Positions 8,992 through 15,535 of a stretch of 54,754 bases of DNA are shown here, piece after piece. The translations under genes and the position numbers were made by a program. Where the stretch lies: assembly GCA_029907165.1 (NCBI GenBank), contig JARYMK010000002.1, positions 1 to 54,754 on the forward strand, read 5' to 3'. A model generated the notes under the pieces. It was not told the DNA's origin, searched no databases, and was given only the letters and a program-made list of their open reading frames with translations. Origin of the DNA: Anaerolineae bacterium (GTDB lineage: Bacteria > Chloroflexota > Anaerolineae > DTLA01). Every line of letters begins with the position of its first letter. The stretch's first letter is position 1.

Positions 8992-10170
8992 CTAACTCAA
9001 TGCTTTGCGTATGGCGGCGCTGTGGCGCTGGATGCGACGGATAGCCTCGCAGATGCGCTGCACTGTGTCGGGTTCCATGTGCGAGAAGATGGGCAGACTC
9101 ACGCATTCCTTGGCGAGGCGCTCCGTTACAGGCAGCCGACCGCGATAACGCTCGCCCACGTGCCGATACGCCGTGTGCAGGTGAACGGGCGGGTCGTAGT
9201 AGTTTCGGGTGTCCACACCCTCGGCCCGCAATGCCCGGACCAGCGCGTCGCGCGACAGGCCGAATTCGGATTCCACGACGCGAATGGAGAAATCCTTATA
9301 CGAGCAGCGGTCGCGCGGGTCTATCTTCTGGAAGTAAATGCCTTCCACACCCTGCAACCCCTGCCGATAGATGTCCACGAGGTGATTTCGGCGTTTGGCG
9401 TTGTCTTCCAGCATCCGCAGCGAATGCAGGCCGAGGATGGCGCTGAACTCTTGCATGCGGGCGTTGAGGCCGGGGAACTCGGTGTCGTAGTTGCCTGGGT
9501 TGCCGTACTCGCGGCCCACTTCTATACGGCGCGCGATTTCCGCGTTGTTGGTGGCGACAATGCCCCCTTCGCCGGTTACGAGCAGTTTCGTCGGGCTGGA
9601 ACTGAAGACCTCGGCCTCACCGTGGCTGCCCACCGGCTTCCCGCGGTACAGCGTGCCGAACCCGTGAGCAGCGTCAAACAGGAGTTTCACGCCAGCGCGC
9701 CGCGCCACCGATTCCAGGCGCTCCACGTCGGCGGGATTGCCGAACACGTGGGTGGCGACGATGGCTGACGTGGCCGGTGTGATGGCGGCAGCCGCGGCGT
9801 CCGGGTCCAGGTTCCACGTCTCAGGGTCCACGTCGGCGAACACAGGCGTGAGGCCGCACCACGCAAGGGGGTGCACCGTGGCCATGAAGGTGAAACTGGG
9901 GACGACGACCTCGCCGACCAGGTCGGCGGCCTTGTAGGTGAGGGTGAGGCCGGTAGTGCAACTGGAGACGCCGACGGCGTGCCTGGTCCCCAAGTGCCTG
10001 GCGACGGCCTGCTCAAAGGCGGCCAGGTACTTGCCCTTGGTTACCATGCCGGTCTGGAAGATTTCCCCGATTTCGCCTGCGACTTCGGAGAACTCGGGCA
10101 GCGTGGGTCTCATGAAGGGCAACGGCGATTCAAAAAGAGGAGTACCCCCAAGCACCGCAGGCGTGGACAT
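8992..10170 (-). CDS. DegT/DnrJ/EryC1/StrS-family PLP sugar aminotransferase
   Basis: MSTPAVLGGTPLF..., SCTTGLTLT, FSSSPTKLLVTGEGG (PLP-Lys region). GGAGGAG lies 8 nt before the ATG at 10170; the ORF-track start at 10200 is less likely. Confidence 0.88.
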   Translation of the reverse strand: MSTPAVLGGTPLFESPLPFMRPTLPEFSEVAGEIGEIFQTGMVTKGKYLAAFEQAVARHLGTRHAVGVSSCTTGLTLTYKAADLVGEVVVPSFTFMATVHPLAWCGLTPVFADVDPETWNLDPDAAAAAITPATSAIVATHVFGNPADVERLESVARRAGVKLLFDAAHGFGTLYRGKPVGSHGEAEVFSSSPTKLLVTGEGGIVATNNAEIARRIEVGREYGNPGNYDTEFPGLNARMQEFSAILGLHSLRMLEDNAKRRNHLVDIYRQGLQGVEGIYFQKIDPRDRCSYKDFSIRVVESEFGLSRDALVRALRAEGVDTRNYYDPPVHLHTAYRHVGERYRGRLPVTERLAKECVSLPIFSHMEPDTVQRICEAIRRIQRHSAAIRKALS

Positions 10171-10208
10171 TCCCCATCTCCTCCAGGCGAAAGGTCTCAA
10201 GCGGGACC

Positions 10209-10237
10209 AGTATACTCTCCCGCAGTGTAAACGTCAA
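10209..10237 (-). promoter_or_regulatory. sigma70-like promoter of the degT-capD-GT-C operon
   Basis: Minus strand TTGACG-17 nt-TATACT. Confidence 0.55.
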
Positions 10238-10265
10238 GCACGCGCTGCGGTTATGCCAAGTTATG

Positions 10266-11075
10266 TTAGCCCTGTCGCATAGAGTGAAGGATGGCTTCCA
10301 GCACGCCGCCCGCGATGGCCAGCGCCTTGTCCGAGATGGTGAAGCAGTGCTCGCGGGCGGCGCGGGGGTCCACGTCGCCCACCTTCATGTTGGCGTGCAC
10401 GGTCAGCCCATCGTGGAGCAGCCCCCGCAGGACGCCCTTCAGCCGCACGCGCACCGGCTCATTGTCCACATACGCGACGACGTCGCCCACGTCCACCATG
10501 TCGCCGATTTCGCGCACACCGCGGAACACCCCTGCGCAGGGGGCGCGCACCACTCGCTGCTCGGCGTAGCCGCCGACCTCGCCCGGGATTCCCGTGTTGG
10601 GCAAGGCTTGCCCTTGCCAGATCACGCGCCCCAGGGTGTGCCCCCGCATGGTTTCTACCACGGCGTGGACGTCTTCGCCTGCGGTGAACCCCGGCCCCAG
10701 CCCAATGACCAGGGGCGCGTCGGTGATGCGCGTGCCCAGGTTGCGCTTGGCCAGGATGGCGTCCACCACCACATCCGGGCGCAGTTCGCAGATGATGGCT
10801 GCCTCGGGGTCCACGACGACGGGGAGAACGCCCTCGGCCCAGGCGGCCCGAACGCCCTCCGCGCCTTCCACCTTGCGGCCTCGCACGCCGTCCACGACCG
10901 TCTCACCTTCCCAGACGGCCGTGGCGAAGGCTACCTTGCGGCGGATCACGGTGGGGGCGGGGATTTCGGTAACCACGACCTGGAACCCGCAGTTCCACAG
11001 CCGCCAGGCCACGCCCGAAGCCAGGTCGCCGCCCCCCTTCACGACAACGGTAACCGTCTTGCCCAGCACGGTCAT
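10266..11075 (-). CDS. yqeB: YqeB-family protein (selenium-dependent molybdenum hydroxylase system accessory protein, short form equal to the C-terminal half of E. coli YqeB)
   Basis: VVVKGGGDLASGVAWRLWNCGFQVVVTEIPAPTVIRRKVAFA and VVDAILAKRNLGTRITDAPLVIGLGPGFTAGEDVHAVVETMRGHTLGRVI match my recollection of the E. coli YqeB C-terminal region. ATG at 11075 has GGGGAGGTG upstream. Confidence 0.8.
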   Translation of the reverse strand: MTVLGKTVTVVVKGGGDLASGVAWRLWNCGFQVVVTEIPAPTVIRRKVAFATAVWEGETVVDGVRGRKVEGAEGVRAAWAEGVLPVVVDPEAAIICELRPDVVVDAILAKRNLGTRITDAPLVIGLGPGFTAGEDVHAVVETMRGHTLGRVIWQGQALPNTGIPGEVGGYAEQRVVRAPCAGVFRGVREIGDMVDVGDVVAYVDNEPVRVRLKGVLRGLLHDGLTVHANMKVGDVDPRAAREHCFTISDKALAIAGGVLEAILHSMRQG

Positions 11076-11097
11076 TGCGGACACCTCCCCGCTTGCG

Positions 11098-12168
11098 CTA
11101 CGGCTGGATGGTCGGCGTTGGCGGCAATGCGGCGTTGTACCGAGCGGCCAGCGCGGCGAGTTCGGGGTCGTCGGCGTACTCCTCACTGAGGGGGATTATA
11201 CCCGCTCTCGCCGAGATAACGTTGCCCTCGGCGTCAAAGTCCACGGTGATCTCGCCAAGCCACTCGCCGCCATAGCCCGCCTGGCCGATGACGGTGTTGT
11301 TGAGTTGCAGCGTCTCCTGCAGCAGGTCGTAGGAGTGACCTCCGACGATGGCCGTGATGCCGTTTACCTCGGTGGCGATCTTACGGTCCATGACGTTGCC
11401 CAGGTGCGACAGGATGACGACGGCGTCCACCTTGTCGGCGCGGGCCTTGGCGACATACTCGCGGGCGGTCTCCACCGGGTCCTTGGTCGTAATGTTCGTT
11501 GACGGCGGCACGAAGGACTTGAACGTGTCGTCGGCAGGTGTCAGGCCGATGATGGCAACCTTGCGCCCGCCCACATCTTGCACGACGTAAGGCGTGAAGA
11601 CCGGCTTGCCCGAGTCGGCGTACACCAGGTTGGCCGACAGGAAGGCGAACTTGGCCTCGCGCGAGCGGTCCAGGAGTTCCGGGAAGTGCGCCAGGTCGCG
11701 TTCACCGATGGCCATGGCGTTGTACTTCATCAGGTTCATGGCTTCGGTGAGGGCCTTGCCCTGGCTGATGTCGGAGACCGGCTGGCCGAAGAGCGCGTCG
11801 CCCGCGTCCAGGACGAGCAAGTACGGGGTCTTGGCGCGGTAGTTCTTGATGGCGGTAGCCCGACGGGCCACACCCCCCTTGGGGGGTCGTCAGCCGCAGG
11901 GGTCTATGTAGCCCGCAACGTCGGTGGTGTGCAGGATGGTGAGGGTCCACGGGCCGGTGGGCCGTGCGGCGTTGCGGCGGATGAGCGCCTGGGCGGTGAT
12001 GAGCGCCGCGACCACGACCAGCGCCAGTGCAATCGGCGCGATCCAGCGTTTGATTCCGGCGCTTGGGGTGGCCTTCTTCGGTTTCGGCTTGGCTTCGCCC
12101 TTCTTGGCGGTGGATTGGGCAGGGCGAGGGGCCTGCTGCGTCTGTTTCTTCTTGCGTTTCTTGGCCAC
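11098..12168 (-). CDS. Membrane-anchored calcineurin-like metallophosphoesterase / 5'-nucleotidase N-domain protein with one in-frame TGA (11892-11890): candidate selenoprotein (alternatively a pseudogene)
   Basis: ORFs 12168-11890 and 11871-11098 share one frame, separated by TGA plus 6 sense codons. The read-through product is ...LTILHTTDVAGYIDPCG-U-RPPKGGVARRATAIKNYR...LDAGDALFG...AIGERD...LSHLG...GGHSY. GTG start has GAGGTG upstream. Confidence 0.6.
11855..11889 (-). promoter_or_regulatory. Two hairpins directly 3' of the in-frame UGA (SECIS-like)
   Basis: mRNA: UGA CG ACCCCCC-AA-GGGGGGU then GUGGCCC[GUC]GGGCUAC (7-bp stem, G/U-containing apical loop about 26 nt after the UGA). Confidence 0.4.
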
Positions 12169-12332
12169 GCTTCACCTCACAAGTGGATTGCTTGACGGAA
12201 CCAGTCCCAGGTGGCTAGATGGCTCCGCTGACAGATGCCCATCGCGGAGCCAGTGCCGCGCTCGTAATGATACCACGTTACGACCGTTTCTCCCAAAAGT
12301 CGGGGTTGCGCCCGTGCACTAGGCGGGCAGAA

Positions 12333-14264
12333 CTAGGGGAGCAGGAACGCAATCATCCAGGCGGCCAGCAGGGTGAACAGCCCGGCAGTCACAAGTTTGA
12401 TGGTGCCGGCGCGCCGGTTGATGAACTGCCCCAGCTGCTCCGACGTCGTGCCCCAGTAGGCCATGAGGAACACGATGACCAGCGGCAGAATGAATGCGAG
12501 GTTGTACACGAGCAGGTAGGCCAACGCCCGCACCCTCAACGCTGGCACGCCGAGGACGAACAGGATGGTGGGCAGGTAAACCTGTCCGGTGCAGGCCAGT
12601 TCTATCAGGGACACCATCGCGCCGGTGATGAGTGCGATCCCTGCGATGGCCCGCGCGTTCGCCCCTTCGCGGATAACTCGGTTGATCCAGCGGCGCATCC
12701 GCGTGGGGAGTTTCAGTTTCATCTCTTCGGGCCGCCCGCGCCGCGCCTGGTACCAGTCGTACAGGCTGCCCAGCGCCAAGAGCAAGCACAGCGCCGCCGT
12801 GAAGCCGTACAGGTAGCGGCTGATGGCCGGCAGGAACGGCAGGCTGGCTAGGAACTTGAGCAGACCCACGCCGACGCCCAGGTAGGTCAGGAAAACGCCC
12901 AGGGCGAACATGCCCCCCACCAGCAGGATGTCGCGGCCCTTGCGCCCCGTGAAGGCCAGGTACGAGATGAAGAACACGATGGTGGCGAAGGCGCACGGGT
13001 TCAGCCCGTCCACCAGACCCGCCGCCACGACCGTGAGCGCGCCGAACGACCGGAAGCGGATCAGGATGCTCTCGCCCGCCTGCGACAGGTCTTCCTGCTC
13101 CTGCCAGTAGGCTTCGCTGCCGGTCGCCGCGTACTTCTTTACGACGTTCTCCAGCGTCTGGACGTTGATGCCCTCGCCCAGCAGGAAATCCGAACCCACA
13201 AACGCCGCGGGCGTGGTGAGGCGCTTGTTCAGCGGCACGCCGGTGCGTTCGCCCAGCCACTCGGCCAGTGCGGCCTGCTCCTTGATGTCGTACTCGTGAA
13301 TCTGCAACTGCGGGTACTTGCTCTGCAGGTACTTCAGGTCGTACTGGGCGCGATCGCACTCGTGGCAACCCACCTGGTAGAAGTAGGCCAGGTGGATGGT
13401 GGACTGCTGGACGGTCGGCGTGCCCGATGGCGCGGCGGGGCCCGTCAGTTTGGGGAAGTCCACGCCGCCCTCGTTCATGTAGTATTCCACCAGCGCGGCC
13501 AGTTGTTCGCGGGCCGCTTGCTCGCCGTGCAGCACATGGTCGCCAACGAAGATGACGGGGAATGCCCCTTCGCCCGTGCCAAACTGCCGCTCCAGCGCCG
13601 TGAGCAGGTCGTAGTCGGCGGGGGATTTCTCCACATCGCGGGCGTCCACCACCAACTGGCGGTCGTATCGCTCCTGCAACGGCCCGAGCACCTCATCCTG
13701 CACGCGGTGGCATTCGGGGCAGAGGCTGCTCCAGAAGAAATACATCTTCACGACGGGGTCGCCCTCGTCGCAGATGTGGCACGCCTTGGGTGTGGGTTTG
13801 ACGCCGGTAGGCGGCCACGTGGCAAGCCCCGTCTGGTCGCCGTATCCCGCGGGCCAGTCCACGCCGCCCTGCGCCACGTAGGCCTGGATCAGCGCGGGCA
13901 GGTTGTCGCGAATCTCGTCGGCCCCGAACAGCACGCGGTCGCCGATGAACAATTCGGGCACCACACCCTTGTCGGGCGGGACGCCGTGCACCTGCTCCAT
14001 GCGCAGCAGGAGTTCGTAGTTCGCTGGCGGGGTGATTTCCACCTTCGCGATTTCCAGTTGCAAGCCGTACTGCGCCTGAAGGGGCGGCAGGACTTGTTCC
14101 AGCACCGTGTGGCAGACCGGGCACGTGTCCGAGTAGAACAGCACGGCGCGGACGACCGGCTGCTGGGCGTGGATGGCCGTCGGCATCAGGGCCAGCGCCA
14201 GGATGGCGATCAGGGTGGACAGGCGGAAGAGGTGTTTCGTTTGGGACACGGTTATAGACTTCAA
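12333..14264 (-). CDS. Secreted triple thioredoxin/glutaredoxin-like domain fused to a CcdA/DsbD-type transmembrane thiol-disulfide electron transporter
   Basis: Signal peptide KHLFRLSTLIAILALALMPTAIHA. Three roughly 110-aa repeats carry CPVC, CPEC and CHEC, plus an extra CHIC. The C-terminal 6-TM domain has LNPCAF and ELACTGQ Cys motifs. TTG start at 14264 has GAGG 6 nt upstream; the 871-aa ORF-track extension overlaps the upstream gene and is spurious. Confidence 0.75.
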   Translation of the reverse strand: MKSITVSQTKHLFRLSTLIAILALALMPTAIHAQQPVVRAVLFYSDTCPVCHTVLEQVLPPLQAQYGLQLEIAKVEITPPANYELLLRMEQVHGVPPDKGVVPELFIGDRVLFGADEIRDNLPALIQAYVAQGGVDWPAGYGDQTGLATWPPTGVKPTPKACHICDEGDPVVKMYFFWSSLCPECHRVQDEVLGPLQERYDRQLVVDARDVEKSPADYDLLTALERQFGTGEGAFPVIFVGDHVLHGEQAAREQLAALVEYYMNEGGVDFPKLTGPAAPSGTPTVQQSTIHLAYFYQVGCHECDRAQYDLKYLQSKYPQLQIHEYDIKEQAALAEWLGERTGVPLNKRLTTPAAFVGSDFLLGEGINVQTLENVVKKYAATGSEAYWQEQEDLSQAGESILIRFRSFGALTVVAAGLVDGLNPCAFATIVFFISYLAFTGRKGRDILLVGGMFALGVFLTYLGVGVGLLKFLASLPFLPAISRYLYGFTAALCLLLALGSLYDWYQARRGRPEEMKLKLPTRMRRWINRVIREGANARAIAGIALITGAMVSLIELACTGQVYLPTILFVLGVPALRVRALAYLLVYNLAFILPLVIVFLMAYWGTTSEQLGQFINRRAGTIKLVTAGLFTLLAAWMIAFLLP

Positions 14265-14272
14265 GGAATGCC

Positions 14273-14800
14273 TCAATCGACCAACCCCAGAATCTCCTCC
14301 AGGCGCGCTCGCTTGTCGGCGAACTCCGCTTCGTAGAGGCGCACGCAGCGGGTTAGTTCCGTCGTCCCCGCCACCAGTTTGCTGGCGAAGACGAAGCACG
14401 TGGGGTCGCCGCACTGCTTGCAGTTCCCGCCCGGCAGGAGTTTGTAGATTTCCATCACAGTGGGCTGGTAGCGCTTCTCGTTGGAAGGCACGATCTCGTG
14501 CCGCCTGTCCCAGACCCTGTTGATCTCGTCCAGAATGCGCTCGGCCACGCGCTGGGCCTCTTGGCGGTCCTCCAAGTTGCTGATGGCGACCTCGTGCGGA
14601 CGGAGGGTATAGCGACGGCCTCCCCGCACCATCGTCAGGATGTGGTTTTCGTGGTCGTAGATGGCATTCTTCCACAGCGTATTGAGGTAGGGCATGACCT
14701 CGCTGATGTCCTCCTGGAGCCGCACAAATGCGCTCCAGCGATCCGATCCTGGGTCGCATGGCGGCGAGATAACTTCCAGGTCGTACTCCTTGCACAGCAT
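14273..14800 (-). CDS. Cytoplasmic Fe-S protein: uncharacterised N-domain plus RnfB/AcsC-type Fe-S cluster domain (CxxCGxxxC)
   Basis: C-terminus has LLPGGNCKQCGDPTCFVFASKLVAG (PF04060-type motif as in the RnfB N-terminus). GGGAGG lies 8 nt before the ATG. The gene stops 8 nt before the Trx-CcdA start. Confidence 0.65.
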   Translation of the reverse strand: MLCKEYDLEVISPPCDPGSDRWSAFVRLQEDISEVMPYLNTLWKNAIYDHENHILTMVRGGRRYTLRPHEVAISNLEDRQEAQRVAERILDEINRVWDRRHEIVPSNEKRYQPTVMEIYKLLPGGNCKQCGDPTCFVFASKLVAGTTELTRCVRLYEAEFADKRARLEEILGLVD

Positions 14801-14889
14801 TGTGCATCCTCCCTACGTGCTTGCATCGGTATGGCTCGGAAATGGGGGCTTGGCCGTAGGCCGGCGACCTGGGTGTGCCGCCCGATTGA

Positions 14890-14917
14890 AGTATACCCCG
14901 TGCTGCCCCGCTGTCAA
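14890..14917 (-). promoter_or_regulatory. sigma70-like promoter in front of the Fe-S / Trx-CcdA genes
   Basis: Minus strand TTGACA-16 nt-TATACT. An ATGCAT-centred imperfect palindrome (TGTCAAATATGCATTGTTCTGA on plus) overlaps the -35. Confidence 0.55.
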
Positions 14918-14960
14918 ATATGCATTGTTCTGAATGTCTCGGCGGCAAAAGTAAAAGCCG

Positions 14961-15338
14961 TCAGTCTCTGGAGCACACGGGGCAGGGGCATCCTGGCACT
15001 GGCCCCTCCTCCGACGTGGGGAATTGCACCGACTCCCCGAATTTGGCCGTTGCCCAATTGCGGCTCGCGGCGATGAGGTCCATCACCCGCTCGTCGGTGA
15101 GCCGATAGTACATGAGCGTGCCGTCGCGGCGTTCGGCGATGAGGCCGGCCTCGCGCAGGATAGCCAGTTGCTGGGAGATGTAGGGCTGCCGCTGCCCCAG
15201 CGCCGCAGTGAGGTGGCAGACGCACGCTTCCCCGCACTGGGCCAGCATCTCCAGGATGCGGAGGCGCACCGGGTGGGATAGTACCTTGTGCAGTTTCGCC
15301 ATAGCGGTGTAGCCGCTGGCCAGCGTTTTTGCTCTCAT
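14961..15338 (-). CDS. ArsR/SmtB-family metalloregulator with alpha3 CVC motif and C-terminal CPCPVC
   Basis: LSHPVRLRILEMLAQCGEACVCHLTAALGQRQPYISQQLAILREAGLI (wHTH with ELCVCDL-like site); C-terminus GPVPGCPCPVCSRD. ATG at 15338 lies 7 nt after a -10 box, so the mRNA is probably leaderless. Confidence 0.8.
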   Translation of the reverse strand: MRAKTLASGYTAMAKLHKVLSHPVRLRILEMLAQCGEACVCHLTAALGQRQPYISQQLAILREAGLIAERRDGTLMYYRLTDERVMDLIAASRNWATAKFGESVQFPTSEEGPVPGCPCPVCSRD

Positions 15339-15345
15339 ACCCAGT

Positions 15346-15373
15346 AGGATACACCGCGCCGCGGCCTTGTCAA
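15346..15373 (-). promoter_or_regulatory. sigma70-like promoter of arsR-like gene (leaderless transcript likely)
   Basis: Minus strand TTGACA-16 nt-TATCCT, then 7 nt to the ATG. Confidence 0.5.
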
Positions 15374-15378
15374 GTTGC

Positions 15379-15399
15379 GGGTGAGGGCTGACCTCACCC
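15379..15399. promoter_or_regulatory. Perfect 8-bp inverted repeat just upstream of the arsR -35 (possible operator or hairpin)
   Basis: GGGTGAGG-gctga-CCTCACCC. Confidence 0.3.
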
Positions 15400-15535
15400 C
15401 CTCGATCCCCTTTCCGCGTGCGGAGAGAGGGAAGTCGGCGGCTGGGGGCGAGGCGGATACACCCACGCGGAACAAACGCCCCCACGCTGACGTCTCAAAG
15501 GCGCACACACGACAGTCTGTGGCAAGGAGGGTGAA

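Noticed and set aside
11071-11080. GTCATTGCGG at the yqeB start, matching the family-1 repeat terminus
   Set aside because: It is just the reverse complement of the ATG start context (CCGCAATGAC). No second arm or further similarity was seen.
14800-14963. The ArsR stop TGA (14963-14961) is in the same frame as the 871-aa ORF 12333-14948, which superficially resembles a second read-through or Sec site
   Set aside because: The downstream frame overlaps the well-supported Fe-S gene in another frame and translates to low-complexity junk (RLLLLPPRHSEQC...). There is no hairpin after the TGA. The real Trx-CcdA protein starts at its signal peptide (TTG at 14264).
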